Assembly: GCF_028641065.1 (NCBI RefSeq)
Contig: NC_073407.1
Span: forward strand, 11,346,001 to 11,410,000
Length of the DNA stretch: 64,000 nt
Direction: 5' to 3'
Source of the DNA: Leucoraja erinacea
Lineage: Eukaryota
Part shown: positions 38,188 through 51,968 of the stretch, in pieces
Layout of the letters: each line of letters begins with the position of its first letter
How positions within the stretch are numbered: position 1 is the stretch's first letter
Made by a program: the position numbers and the translations under genes
Notes under the pieces: model-generated
Told to the model about the DNA's origin: nothing
The model's input: the letters and a program-made list of their open reading frames with translations, nothing else
Database searches by the model: none

Positions 38188-39445
38188 TGTGTTTAATATA
38201 AAGCAGATATCACCTGTTCAGTGTCTCCCTCCTCTTCTCCGGTCTATATGGACTTCAGCCTGAAGGGGAGATGTGTCTGGTTCGAACCTACAGCTCTTGG
38301 CCAATGGACTAGTGCTGATATTCCTCCTCCCCGTGGCTCTTGTCACCACACTTCAGTACAGCCTGCCAGCGTATCCTTCCACAGCCTTCCTCCCCATGCA
38401 CTCATTCCACTCCAGTGATCAAATGCCTGTCGCTTATCCATGTGGCAGAGTGGAACTCAAATGAAAAATGTTTAGATAGCAGTTAGCAGGGTGAGGAAAG
38501 CAAGGAGGCAATTCAAGGGAGCAAAAGCAGGAGGTTAAATAGAGACGGCGTTAATGCTAGCCCATCTACATGCGGATAAATGCAGGTTATCACTGGTAAT
38601 TGCGTGAATCAGGCTGCTTTTGTGTTTATGGGGATATGCTTCAATATCTAGTGGACACCTAAATTACAGTTCTTCCCCACTCACTGACACCATCAGCACT
38701 CTGCTGCCAGCATAGCATTCTATATTTACTCCTTTAATGTAAAACGGTGATGTTTGTTCTCTACATGGAACAATCTTTCACAGACAGTGCAGTCTTCATT
38801 TAAGCAGCGACACATTTAACGCAGCCTGGGCGATGGGTGCCGGCTCTGATTTGTTCTATACCTTTTCATACCTCTAGTTCCCCTCTCCCCTGACTCTCGG
38901 TCTGAAGAAGGGTCCCAGCCTGAGAGGTCACCTAGTCCTTCTCTCCAGAGATGCTGCGCGACCCACTGAGTTACCCCAGCATCTTTTGTCTACCTTCATT
39001 ATGAAGACCGCAATGTGTAAAAGGTTGTTCCTTGCAGAGCAGGAAAACAGGGAGTTGGCTGAGATAATGCTCGCTGGCTTGTCAAAATTGTTGTTTGCTT
39101 TCCAAAGAACTCAGCGAAAAGAATCCTGTTGAGGGCTCTCTCTCTGTATGTGTTTGGTGTGAGTGCTTCAGTGCACCAGTGAATCCTCAATGCCTGACTG
39201 ACTGGAGAACTCTGTAAATCCCAGTTGCACTTTGCACATTCAGGAGGTGTACTGGGTCACCTTAATTGGCTCCTAACAACATCGATGGCAGACAGCTTAA
39301 TCTGCGGCTAATTATTGGGTAGCAAAGGAAGGATTCACACTTCCAACCGCACGGTCGCTTCCAGTCCCAGCTAAGAGGAGAACACTGCAGGAACAAAGAC
39401 GGGCTGTGCTCAGGGCTGGATTTTGTTGTAGGCAAATAATAAATG

Positions 39446-40062
39446 GTCTATGTATGGTAAGCTGCCCGGTTGCATCGGGATTGGTTCGGCAACCTGAGAA
39501 TCCAGGAGCGGAAAAGGATGCAAAAAATTGTAAACACTGTCCAGTCCATCATCGGCTCTGACCTCCCTACCATCGAGGGGATCTATAGCAGTCGCTGCCT
39601 CAAAAAGGCCACCAGCATCATTAAAGTCCCACACCATCCTGGCCACACACTCATCTCCCCGCTGCCATCAGGTAAAAGGTACAGGAGCCTGAAATCTGCA
39701 ACATCCAGGTTCAGGAACAGCTTCTTCCCCACAGCCATCAGACTATTAAACACAACTTCAAACAAACTCTGAACTATAACAGCCTNNNNNNNNNNNNNNN
39801 NNNNNNNNNNNNNNNNNNNNNNNNNNNNNNNNNNNNNNNNNNNNNNNNNNNNNNNNNNNNNNNNNNNNNNNNNNNNNNNNNNNNNNNNNNNNNNNNNNNN
39901 NNNNNNNNNNNNNNNNNNNNNNNNNNNNNNNNNNNNNNNNNNNNNNNNTATGGATACACTGATCTGATCTGTTTTTATGCCTATAATATTCTGTTGTGCT
40001 GCAGCAAGCAAGAATTTCATTGTACTATCTGGCACACATGACAATGAACTCTCTTGACTTGA
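39446..40062 (+). mobile_element. Rex1/Babar-type LINE 3' end
   Basis: WFGNL...RMQKIVNTVQSIIGSDLPTIEGIYSSRCLKKATSIIKVPHHPGHTLISPLPSGKRYRSL...SRFRNSFFPTAIRLLN, followed by a (CTTGA)n-type tail; spans an N gap. Confidence 0.8.
39786..39948. other. Assembly gap (N run)
   Basis: N characters. Confidence 1.
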
Positions 40063-40369
40063 CATGGTATATGGATTGTAATCATGTATAGTCTTTCCAC
40101 TGACTCAATAGCGTGCAACATAAATAAATATATTTTCACTGCACCACTGAATTGCAGATTCAGGACCAGTTTCTTCCCAACTGTTATTAGGCACTGAACC
40201 ATCCTACCAACAACTAGAAAGTGGTCCTCCGATACCATCCACCTCATTGGAGACCCTCAGGCTATCTTTGATCAGACTTTATTAGACTTTATTTTGCACT
40301 AAACAATATTCACGTTATTCCCTTTATCATATATTTGTACACTGGATGGCTGGGGAAGGAGGGAAAAAG

Positions 40370-40373
<4 letters not shown>

Positions 40374-40425
<52 letters not shown>
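40374..40425 (+). repeat. Poly-G tract within a PLE 3' region (another at 7421-7461)
   Basis: Read directly; flanks resemble the PLE 3' UTR, with MNIEFSN-coding sequence at about 40615-40650 on the minus strand. Confidence 0.8.
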
Positions 40426-40427
<2 letters not shown>

Positions 40428-42167
40428 GGTGATAGGTTGATGGTTGGACAAGAGAGATGGATAAACAGAAGCTGTGAGAGAAGGATTGAAGAGTTGCAAG
40501 TTGTGAATCCAGAGCAGGGAATTGAGGTGGAGGGGAGAGGAGAAATAGGTGTGGGTCCAGGTGGGACACATGGGTGGGAGAAGTAAGGGGAAGGAAGGGT
40601 TATTGTGGGTGGAGAATTGGAGAATTCAATGTTCATACGGTTGAGTTGTAAGCTTTGGTTCCTCTGGGTAAACCTAATGCTATCTTTAATTTGGACACAA
40701 GATCGACAGGTTAGATAGAGCACCTTCTAAACAGAGAGGAGAGGTCAAAGCAGGCTCGAAATACCGAAATGCTGCTTGGATTAGAGAGCATTTGCTATAA
40801 AGAGTGGTAGGACTCGCTTCCCCTCTGTTATCAGCCTTCCATAAGGTGTTCCAAATGCCATGTACCCCATTGTAGGCGTTGTACTTTGTCTCTAGAACTG
40901 GTGCGCTACAATGCTGAGCACCATTTACTGCACTCTGTATCTTCCCCCTTTGCTTTACCAATTGTACTTGAGTTTGGCTTGATTGTATTTATGTATCGTA
41001 TTATCCAAGCTGTTTGATTATCTCTGCTGGGATGTTCCGCTGACATGTTTTATATCGTGCTTTCTTGCTGAAGGATCGTTGTAATAAAACAAAAGTCGTC
41101 CATTTGCCAGCGAAGGTTGCTATTAATATTCTGTGATATCCGCAGTTCGCAAGTAAGAATTGAATTGCAAGTGAGAAGTGCTGCTGCAAGTAAGAATTTT
41201 CAATGTTCTGTTTGGGACATATGATAGTAAAACACTCTTGAATCTTGATTCTTGACATATCCCTCTTGGGGACCACGCCGTCCCTAGCCACCAATTAGCC
41301 CATCGGGGAACTACCCTGACTGATGTCATCTTTTGCAGGACCTGATTTTTCCTGGGCTTTTCCTGCTTCCAGTTCCCCTCCACCACTCCGGTCTGAAGAA
41401 GGGTCCTGACCCGAAATGCCACCTATCCATGTCCTCCAGTGGTGCCCCCTGACCCGCTGAGTTACTCCAGCACTTTGCGTCTATATTTAATTCCCTGGTG
41501 TTTGTGATGAGGATTTGAACTCCTTCCTCTGGCTGCGGCTTCACACTGGGGTAGATGAAAACCTCCGCGTGCTTCCTCGTCCAGAAAAACAGGAGCTCCA
41601 GGCAATTAATTGTATTGTGCTGCCACCGTTTGCCGTTGCCAGTTCCACGGGCGCTGGGTTTGCCTCCAGCAGCCGCTCCTTTCTCGGCACTCTGCTGAGG
41701 GTCAGGTACACCAAACCCTTCCTGCAACAGGGACAGACCTCCACTTGATCCAATGTGCCTTCTCCTGGACCAGCCTACCACTGGAGACCTTGCCAAATGT
41801 CGTAGTGAAATCCATGGGGACCATGTCCACCAGCTGAAAACCTGTACTTGTTTGTCATTTACTGGTACTTGTTTGACCCTCCGATAGTCTAGTGGCAAAG
41901 AGAACCCCCTTTAACATGACATGCCGCTGCAGAGTTAAACGCGGCACAGTGCCGGCTCTTGCATGAATGCTCCTTAAGTGCTTGCCGGCCAGTTTTTGCT
42001 GACGGTAGTTTCTTGATCTATGAGCGGTTCTGCTGTGATGGAAGTGATGTATTTGCAGCACCTGTTCCTGAAGGTTAGCAGTAGTGACCTGCTGATCATG
42101 CCATTGTAGTCAGAGGGAAGGGTGAGTGTATTCATGCCTGATCTGTATCAGAGCAAGCTGAAGCTGA

Positions 42168-43565
42168 AGCAGCTTCTTCCCTACAGCCATCAGGCTATTA
42201 AACACTACAACCTCCAAATAAGCTCTGAACTACATAGACGAGGGCATTGGTTTTGTCTTTTTGCACTATTATTGCTTGTTTGTTTTTTATGTGTACGTAT
42301 GTGTGTGTGTTTATGTATATATATATATATGTATTGGGATATTATGGGATATATATTGGGATATACATACTGGGGTATTATAGATGTATAATATGTATTA
42401 TTTTTAGTGCCTTCCCTCACAGTGAATTCTGCTGTGGGGGGACGTTTCATGTTGATTTCTATAGTGTACTGTTTCTGTGTCTTTTTTCTTTTTCTCTTTT
42501 TTTGATTTGTATGGATTTATTGCATTGATCTGTTCAATTAATTTAATCAATCTCTGTAAAGCACTTTGGTTCAAATACTGGTTTTGTTGAAAAGTGCTAT
42601 ATAAATAAACATTATTATTATTATTATTATTATATACTAGACTGTGGGACCCGTTGGGTCCCAGCATCACACGGGAAGGCTATTCACCAACGCAATAATC
42701 CACCTCTCCACCAATTCCAATATTGCTCGCCAGTGGGGAGACTGTCTGTTGAGCTAATATGGGTGTTGCGGGCCGAAGGTACTGGTTTCCAGAGGGCTAG
42801 TATAGACATTGTGGGCCGAATGGATTCTTGGGCTGGCATCCAAATGTTGCACCGATTTTAAAAGCCAAGCCAAGGCAGACAATTGGGCTGCAACCACCTG
42901 ACAACCAAAATTCATTTTGTGAACCCAAACTTGTTAAAAAGGCGAGGCAAACAATTGGGCTGCAGGCCACCCGACAACCAAAATTCATTTTGTGAACACG
43001 CATCGAGGGGACTCACCGTGGAGTAGACGTGCGCTCAGTGTTATTCGCAGCTCAGAGAGCCGTGACCCTCTCGCTTCCTGGGTGTGGCAGAGACTGAGTG
43101 AGGCACTACACTTCTGGGTTTTATAGTCCCTCCTTCTGCTGCCATAGGGGGCAGCAGAGAGAATGGGGATTTTTTAAAAAACATTAATATCTCTCTGATT
43201 TTTCATTGATGGGAAAAATCCTCTGGTACCGGAAGGCGGAGGAGGGCTCTGAGCGAGGTGGCCAAAAATGACGGCCATTGGTGGAGGCGTTATCTCGGAA
43301 ATCGCAGCACAGTGGGCCAAAAGCGAACAAGATCAGACTTTTAGTAATATAGATATATATAAAATACATATTGTACATACACGTGTGCGTGTGTGTATGT
43401 ATGTATGTGTGTGAGTATGTGTATATATACACACGATGAACTTTTTGCTCTTTTTTATTATATTGTTTACAGTGTACTATCTTTACATATTCTGTTGTGC
43501 TGCTGCAAGTAAGAATTCCATTGTTCTATCTGGGATATAGGACAATAAAACTCTTGATTCTTGAA
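42168..43565 (+). mobile_element. Rex1-type LINE tail hosting nested insertions
   Basis: SFFPTAIRLLN-coding start at 42170 and tail at 43485-43565 matching the 39446 copy; interrupted by an (ATT)n-tailed element and a Helitron. Confidence 0.65.
42637..43353 (-). mobile_element. Non-autonomous Helitron
   Basis: Minus strand: 5' TCTATATTACTAAAAG...; 3' hairpin GGGACCC-AAC-GGGTCCC then ACAGT-CTAG; inserted between A and T with no TSD. Confidence 0.8.
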
Positions 43566-45156
43566 AGTATATTTCCATCTGGTAGTTGTTTCTTACATGG
43601 GCTTCACTAAGACATTTGACAAGGTCTCCAGCGGTAGGCTGGTCCAAATGATTAATGCATAGGGGATTGAAAGCGAGCTGGATGATTGGATCCAACGTTG
43701 CCTTGATGATAGGAGGGTGGTGGTGGAAGGATGGTTTTCCAATCGGAAGTCTCCGGTAGTGTGCCGCAGGGATCGATGAGGATGGGACACTTGATTCTCC
43801 ATCCTGCCATCTGGGAAGAGGTACAGGAGCAATAGCTGCAAAACCAGCAGGATGCTCCTCAGCTTCTTCCCGCAGGCTATAAGACTGATAAACGGACTTT
43901 GCCCCCTGCCAAAGTATCGCGCACCAACCACCAACCTGGACACACTGCAGAAGAGCCACTGTCGTGCCGCTGCCGATCGGAATGCCTGTTGATGTTTAGT
44001 GGAGAGTAGAGTGTTTAATTTGTTCATGATATATGTATTTTTATTTCTATTTATTTTTTACTGCACACTGAATGGGCACTGCTTGAGCAACGTTTTTTTT
44101 GTTTCCTCTGGGTATGTGAGTACTCAGGAAAATGACAATAAAGATATGCTACTATACTACTATTTGATGTTTACAGTTAGATAGAGCTCTAAGGAGTTAG
44201 ATAGAGCTCTAGGGGCTAGTGGAATCAATGGATATGGGGAAAAGGCAGGCACGGGTTATTGATTGGGGACGATCAGCCATGATCACAATGAATGGTGGTG
44301 CTGGCTCGAAGGGCTAAATGGCCTCCTCCTGCACCTATTTTCTATGTTTATATCAACTACAATGATGTGAATGTAGAAGGTATGGGTGCTATGTCTGTGG
44401 ATGACACAAGAGTTGGTGGTGTTGTGGGCGGTGAGGAAGGTTGTCTAAGGCTAAAGCACAATATAGATCAGACGGCAAATTGGATGGAATGTCGGCAGAT
44501 GGAATTTAAGTCCAAGTGCAAGATGATGCAGTTACGTTGGTACATTACAAAGAAAGATGGCGGTCCTAGTGCACAGTGTCCTGAAATTGGCAACATAAAT
44601 AAACACACGTTTGGTGAAGAAGGATATGACATGGTTGCCTTCACAGGTTGAGGCGCAGAATATAAAAGTTGTTTCGTTATGACACCAGAGGAGTTGATGG
44701 AATCAGATACAATCACCATGTTACAGACATTTAGACAGTGATAAATAGGGAAGGATTCAGAGTTAGTGCAAGCAAATGGGATTCAAGAAGATGTGCAACA
44801 CAGTGTGCCTGGATTTGGTGGGCTGAAGGGCCTGTATCTGTCCTGTACAACCAACCTTGCGGTTGAAGGAAGTTGCAGTCTGAATGCCATTTTGATTTCA
44901 CCTGTACTGCACAATGTGAATGGTTACATTGAACATAGAACAGTACAGCACAAGAATGAGCCCTTCGGCCCACAATATCTGCCGGATATGGTACCATGAC
45001 CATCTCTTATCGACTTGGGCATAATCCATTTCCCTCTATTCTCTGCTTATCTATGTACCTTTCTAAAAGCTGCTGAAAAGCCACTATCGTATATCTACCT
45101 CCAACACGAAGCCAAGTGCATCTACCTTATACCAAGTCCATTAACCTACGATCAGT

Positions 45157-45184
45157 CTGAAGAAGGGTTTCGGCCCGAAACGTT
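45157..45184 (+). ncRNA. Minimal hammerhead motif (GUU variant, UUCG loop)
   Basis: CTGAAGA-A-GGGT(TTCG)GCCC-GAAA-CG-TT. Confidence 0.62.
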
Positions 45185-45777
45185 GCCTATCTCATTCGCT
45201 CCATAGATGCTGCTGCACCCGCTGAGTTCCTCCAGCATTTTTGCGTACCTTCGATTTGCCAGCATCTGCAGTTCCTTCTTAAACAACCGATCTTTGGAGT
45301 GTGGGAGGAAACCGAAGATCTCGGAGAAAACCCACGCAGGTCACGGGGAGAACGTACAAACTCCGCACATACAAGCACCCGTAGTCAGAGTCGAACCCGG
45401 GTCTCTGGCGCCGTAAGGCAGCAACTCTACCGCTGCCCCACCGTGTCGCCTTGATGGTTGATGGGACTGATTGCTGTTTTACTGGCGTGAACAATTTCAG
45501 CCCCTGTAAATCTGCAGAGAAGCTCTGATCCTTTGTGACTGATGCTCGTGCAGCAAATAACCTCGTCAGCGAGCGGCGGCTTCTCGCTGAGCTCCTAACA
45601 TTCACTTGGCACGGACCTCACAAGACAACTTCTCTTTGTCCTCACTGCCACTCAGATAAACATCTTCATTAAGCTTCTGACCTCCCGACTGAACAGATTA
45701 AACAGCCGACTCCTTGAACCCGGTGTCTCGGCTGCAGCTGCTGTGCTGGATTTCTGCCGATTAGCTCAACTAGCAAC

Positions 45778-45946
45778 GTGTAGGAAAGAACTGCAGATGC
45801 TGGTTTAAATCGAAGGTAGACACAAAATGCTGGAGTAACTCAGCGGGACAGGCAGCATCTCTGGAGAGAAGGAATGGGTTTGAAGAAGGATCTCGACCCG
45901 AAATGTCACCCATTCCTTCTCTCTAGAGATGCTGCCTGTCCCGCTG
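45778..45946. mobile_element. PLE-derived fold-back insertion with 15 bp TSD
   Basis: AGCTCAACTA(G/T)CAAC at 45763-45777 and 45947-45961. Confidence 0.82.
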
Positions 45947-46000
45947 AGCTCAACTATCAACCCTCCCCAGCTCTGCAGAGGAACGGATCTGAAATCACTC

Positions 46001-46272
46001 TTTAGTTTAGTTTAGAGTGCAAAACAGGCCCCAACCAGCAATCCCCACACATTAACACCCTCCTACACACACCAGGGACAATTTTGTACATTTATACCAA
46101 GCCAACTAACCTACAAACCTGCATGTTTTTGGAGTGTGGGAGGAAACCGAAGTTCTCGGAGTAAACTCACGGGGAGAGGGTACAAACCCCGTACAGACAG
46201 CACCCATACTCAAGATCGAACCCGGGACTCTGGCACTGTAAGGCAGCAACTCTACCGCTGTGCCACTGTGCT
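46001..46272 (-). mobile_element. HE1-type V-SINE
   Basis: Reverse-complement consensus. Confidence 0.8.
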
Positions 46273-47119
46273 TCATATCCAGAACAGAACAATTCCATAC
46301 TGTGGACTTATTAGACTGTGGAGATTAGACATCAACATTCTCCTACAAATAGAACACAAAGTACTGGAGCAACTCGGCGAGTCAGGCAGCATCTCTGGAG
46401 GACCTGTATAGGCAACTCTTATTTTTATCTCCACAAATGCTGCCTGACCTGCTGAGGATTTCCAGTGCTTTCTAATTATATTTCAGAATTCCAACAAAGG
46501 CAACATTTGCTTGAATAAAGTCTGTTGAAGGATCTTGACCAAAAATATCACACATCCCTTATACCCAGAGATGCTGCCTGTCCCGCTGAGTTACTCCGGC
46601 ACTTTGTGTCTATCTTCGCTGTAAACCAGCATCGCAGTTCCTTCCTACACATTTGCTTTTAGTTTGATGTTCCTAGTTTTGTACCAAGATATAGATGCAC
46701 CAGTCTAAACATCAAGACGCACACAGATAATGTATTGAATGTGTGTCGGCATTGATATTTCCCATTGATTTTCCCCAGCGATAAATCAGTGAGGTTGGAA
46801 ATGGATGTACTGGGTTGGAGACTTGGTTAAAGTTGCCAGACTCCAGGGGGGCAGGAGGAGACAGCAATGGCAATTATGGGTTTGCTTATTTAAGCAACGG
46901 AAAAGTTATAGTGTAATTAGTTCAGTCACTATTTAACTGATAATTACATCTCTTAATAAGCATTTGTGAGATCTTAACATTACCTTAGCTGCAAAGAAAA
47001 TAGTTTTTTATACTATTAATGTTTCATTGTTCCGACCTTCCTTGCATCACAGGGCGTTTGCACTTAGCAACGTGCAAACTATGTGGTCCTGAGGTTAAAA
47101 TTCACTTTTTGTTCCAGTT

Positions 47120-47350
47120 TTTAGTTTGGAGTTACAGATCACCCCATGCACCAGTTCTATCCCACACACTGAGGTTCATTTACAGAAGCCAAACTTACAA
47201 ACCTGCACGTCTTTGGATTGTGGGAGGAATCCGGAGCATCCGGAGAAAACCCACACAGTCACATGGAGAACGTACAAACTCCGCACAGACTGTACCCGTA
47301 GTCAGGATTGACCCCGGGGTCTCTGGCGCTGTAAGGGAGCAACTCTTCCG
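47120..47350 (-). mobile_element. HE1-type V-SINE
   Basis: Reverse-complement consensus. Confidence 0.75.
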
Positions 47351-47474
47351 CTCCCTCCTTCCTCCCCTCTCTTCACTCCTATCTCTTTCCACCTCTGTTG
47401 CAATGATCCTTGTCCTCACTAGGCTCCCTGTAGGATTTTTGCAAACACTTTACTGTGCTGCAAACAAATCACCA

Positions 47475-47665
47475 GCCAATACTGCCCAATAACTATCAAT
47501 AACTGGCCAATCCTGTCATCAAAACTCCCTAATACTGTCTAATAGCCGACAATGACAAGCCATTATTGCCCACTGACTGCCTAAAATGCATCTATGCTGT
47601 CCAATGACTGTCAATAACAGTTTAATAACTGCCAATAACCAGACAATATTGCCACTTAACAAGCC
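47475..47665. repeat. Degenerate 10-11 bp tandem array (CCAATAACTG-like)
   Basis: Repeated CAATAACT, CAATACTG and CAATGACT units. Confidence 0.6.
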
Positions 47666-49618
47666 ACGAGCCATGATCTTTTGGCTGAGAAGCTGGGATT
47701 ATCTGGAGACTCGATCTGTGCAGAGACTGTGGGCATCTCGTCAGCTGTGACCACTTCACAGCTGAAGAAGGGTCTCAAACCGAAACGTCACCCATTCCTT
47801 TTCTCGAGAGATGCTGTCTGACCCGCTGAGTTACTCTAGCTTTTTGTGTCTTATCTTCGACCACTACACAGTTTCCTGGTCTCGATTGCAAAGGGGGCTT
47901 TCTTTCCATATCCATCTTGCTAACAAAGGGGGAGTCGCGTTAAATTTCCAACCACTTCAGCAGTATTGAAATGACTGGCCATGAAATGTGCTGTTTATTC
48001 CATTGTGCTCCATTGACAATAGCCTCCACCAAAGTTAAGGGTGATTATGTTCATTCCCAGAGCATTTGCCTGGAGCTGGCTGTCTAATACATGTGGATTC
48101 AGCTTCAGAAGTGCATCAGTAAAGTCTTTCCCATGAGACACACCTCTCGGAACATTCCGGAGAAAACACTCCCGACTTGCCCTGGAACCGACTGTAACTG
48201 AGGTTCACTGGAAAAATAGACACAAAGTGGACTCTTCAGTCTGAAGAAGGGTCTCGTCCTGAAACGGCACCCATTGCTTCTATCCAGAGATGCTGCCTGT
48301 CGCACTGAGTTACTCCAGCATTTAGTGGCTGGAGGACAAATGGCTTCCGATAAACCAGGTTGCTTGGCTCTCCCTGAATGGGACGTGGGGCTGCTTGTTT
48401 GAATGCCTGTCATCCCATCGAGACACCAGGCATTTCCAGGCCACACGATAAACAATCAAATCAATAGAGCTTTCAGGATAACACCACTTACCCAAAGACT
48501 GTTCAACGTCTAGTGTGGCCCAGGCATAGATAGGATATAAAACAGCTTCAGTGTTACTATGACACTAACAGGCTACTCAGCAAAATAGGACTCGAGGATA
48601 ACAGAGCAATGATACTCCCTGCTGTGCAGCTAATGGCAGTGTGTAATTATCTCTGGTTGTTCAATTCATTCTTTGATTAAATTCTTTTGACATCTTTGCC
48701 CCTGCCCCCACATGCATCAGATTTGGGCGAAGAGATGAAATAATCTCATTGACATATGAAAGCCTGGGGGATTTTAGCTGCTCCACAACTGGCAGATTGC
48801 TGCCAATGTGACTATCCCTCACCAAAGGATTTTCCTAGAAAGATGGATTCGAATCGATAAGAGCAGGTCAAAGAGCTTCTTCCCAACCAATTTCTCTTTC
48901 CTCCAAAAATAATTTTGTGCAGCGCCCAAAAACGTTGTGACCTGTGGCAATAGTCTCCTAGTGCAGGGACTAAGTGGGTCGGCAGCATTTGTGGAGGGAA
49001 TGACATATCATGAACAAAGCACGTAGACCCTTCATTGGATTCGAAACGAAGAACTGCAGGTGTTGGTTAATACACAAAGGGACAGCGCTGGAGTAACTCA
49101 ACGGGTCAGGCAGCATCTCTGGAGAAGATGGATAGGCGACTTTTCAGAGACCCTTCTTTCTGACCACGGGTCTCGACTCAAAAATGCCACTTTTCCATGT
49201 ACTCCAGAGGTGAGCAAGATGCAGTCTAAATTGCTGACTTACTCCAGCACTCTGTGTCTTTGTTTTCTGGCAAGTGATAGGTGGATATCGGTGAGGGGGG
49301 GGGTTTGTTTGGAAGATAGATAAGTGTTTTGTGATTTGGTGTGCAGACATAGTCAGCCACGTTAAGGCAATTTCCTTCTTACCTGGTGTCGTGGGTGAAG
49401 ATGCGGGAATTCAGTCCAGGAGGTCAGGCAGAGTTGTGGGTCATTGATCCACTGACAGGATTTCAACGCAACGGTTCATTCAAATTAAAGCAATGAAGTG
49501 AATCTGGAATGGATGAAAAGCACCGTCTCAGTAACAATGACCCTGAAACAACTGGATTGTGAAGAAACCCACCTGGTTTACAACTGTCCCTCAGAGCAGG
49601 AGGGCCAGGAGAGGCAAT

Positions 49619-49915
49619 GGGCGGCACAGTAGTGCAGCGGTAGAGGTGCTGCCTCATAGCACCAGAGACCCGGGTTCGATCCTGACCACGGGTGCGGTCT
49701 GTACGAAGTTTGTTCGTTCTTTCCCTGTGACAGTGTGGGTTTTCTCTGGCTTCCTCCCACACTCCAAAGACATACAGGTTTGTAGTTTAATTGGCTTCTG
49801 TAAATTGTGAATTGTCCCTAGTGTGTAGGATAGTGCTAGAGTACAGTGTGATCGCTGGTCGGCATGGATTTGGTGGGCTGAAAGGCCTGCTTCAGCGCTG
49901 TCTCTCTAAAGTCTA
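49619..49915 (+). mobile_element. HE1-type V-SINE, full length
   Basis: Consensus match. Confidence 0.85.
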
Positions 49916-50126
49916 ATTTGCTGAATGATGATAATTATACCTGGTATTTGGCCAGGCATTGCTTGATCTGACTGCTCTGTCAGAGTTTCTGGATTTCCAT
50001 CCAAGCAGTGTGCTTTACTCGTGATAATCCTGGTATCTGTTTGAAACAGACTGGACAAGGCTGCATGCTCGGAGATTATTTTCCAATTTTAAAACATACC
50101 TTTCCAGACTTTAGTTAAAGACTAAA

Positions 50127-50400
50127 GGGCAGCACGGTGGCGCAGCGGTAAAGTTGCTGCCTTACAGCGCTTACAGCGCCGGCGACCCGGGTTCGATCCC
50201 AACTACGGGCGCTGTCTGTACGGAGTTTGGACGCTCTCCTCGTGACCGCGTGGTTTTTTTTCTCCGGGATCTTCGGTTTCCTCCCACAGTCCAAAGACGT
50301 ACAGGTTTGTAGGTAAATTGGCTTGGTCTAAGTGTAAACTGTCCCAAGTGTGTGTAGGACAGTGTTAATGTGCGGGGATCGCTGGTCGGTGCGGGCTCAG
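50127..50400 (+). mobile_element. HE1-type V-SINE
   Basis: Consensus match; CTTACAGCG duplication in the head. Confidence 0.85.
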
Positions 50401-51968
50401 TATCACCTTTAAAATAAATTACTGTAAAATAACTTGTTCCCTTTGGCACAGCATGCTGTTCAAGAGCTGTGTGGTAGATTATGTGGTGTCAGTCCGATAA
50501 CATTCACGACTGATGCAGTCCTCAATGCTGTGTGTAATGAACTGTTAATCTAATCTACCAGTGCTGTCTTTAGCTGAGATCCGTCACCTTACACTAGTAA
50601 GCCCCAAATGCAGAATTATTTATCACAAGGACAATAGATTTGCCGCCCAAGATTAATTGGAGTGGATTTTAGTATGTGAATTAAAAAAAAAATGTAAAGC
50701 TTGCAGAACTGGTATTTTGAAAATTTCTTCCACATAACAATGTTGAAAAGCAAGGCCTCAACACCCACAACTTAAGGGTGGCACGGCGGTAGAGTTGCTG
50801 CCTCACAGCACCAGAGGCCCGGGTTTGATCCTGACAACAAAAAAACCCAAAAGGGAAAAAGAAAAAAAGAAAAAAGTGGAGATATATCGGACTTTACTGG
50901 ACTTTATCTTACACTAAATGTTATTTATCGTGTATCTGTACACTGTGGATGGCATGATTGTAATCATGTATAGTCTTTCCGATGACTGGATAGCATGCAA
51001 CACAAAAACTTTCACTCTACCTCGGAACACGTGACAATAAGAAACTAAGCTAAATTAATCTCCAATTAACCTTAAAGATCTGGTGATTCATCTTGAACTT
51101 AGTAAATTTGCAGGTGACACCACTACTGGTGGTATCGTGGACGTTGAAGAGGATATCTATGTGTACGAAAGGAATCAGGATCAAGCAGGGAAGTGGGCCA
51201 AGGATTGGCAGATGGAATTTAAACGAGACCTGAGGGGCAATCTCTTCACACCGAGGGTTGATGTGTACGTAGAACAAGCTGCCAGAGAAAGCTGTCAAGG
51301 CAAACAAACACACTGGTGGTGGTTAAAAGTCATTTAGACAGGTACATGGATAGGAAAGGTTTGGAGGGACAAGTCCAAGTGCAAGGGAATGGTTCCAGTT
51401 CACCTGTAAAAACTAGCATGGAGGTGGTGGGCCGAAGGGACTGTATGACTCTGAGTCAATAATCTGGCATCGTGCACTGCCACTTTGTGAAAAACAGCAA
51501 TGAACTGTAATATTGTTCTTCCCACGCCCAAAACACAAGGGACATTATTTGGCGTTATTTAGTAACCACGCGAAAAACAAGATTAACTGTGCTCACTGAA
51601 CACAGCTCTCAGTTTTAAACTCGTCAAAAGCTTTGGAGAGCAATCCTTTGAAAGTTGCTCTTTGACAGTTTAATGTCAGTGCACTCGCCAAGAAAAGTAA
51701 TTCAAGTGGAAAATTGCGAAATAGCAGTAGATATCAGGATAAAATATATACTGTTACCGAACTTTGAAAAAAATCTTTGATATATTTGAGGTGAATTGTT
51801 TTATAGCAGTACTTTTTTTTGTAAACAAAGAGGTGTTGGTTTGCATATCCTCCTTGCTGTTGGTGTCAATGGCAGGTTGTTGGCCTACAAGATGTTTAAA
51901 AGTCCCGACTGCCTAACTTAATTAATACATTTGATATTTTTAAACTGCAGTCATCTCTGGAGGTAGAA

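Noticed and set aside
40299-40723. Poly-Pro and poly-Gly ORFs
   Set aside because: Translation of a poly-G tract in a PLE 3' region.
41326-41898. 190 aa minus-strand ORF
   Set aside because: Runs through PLE and CR1 fragments, has no recognisable domain and no convincing splice context.
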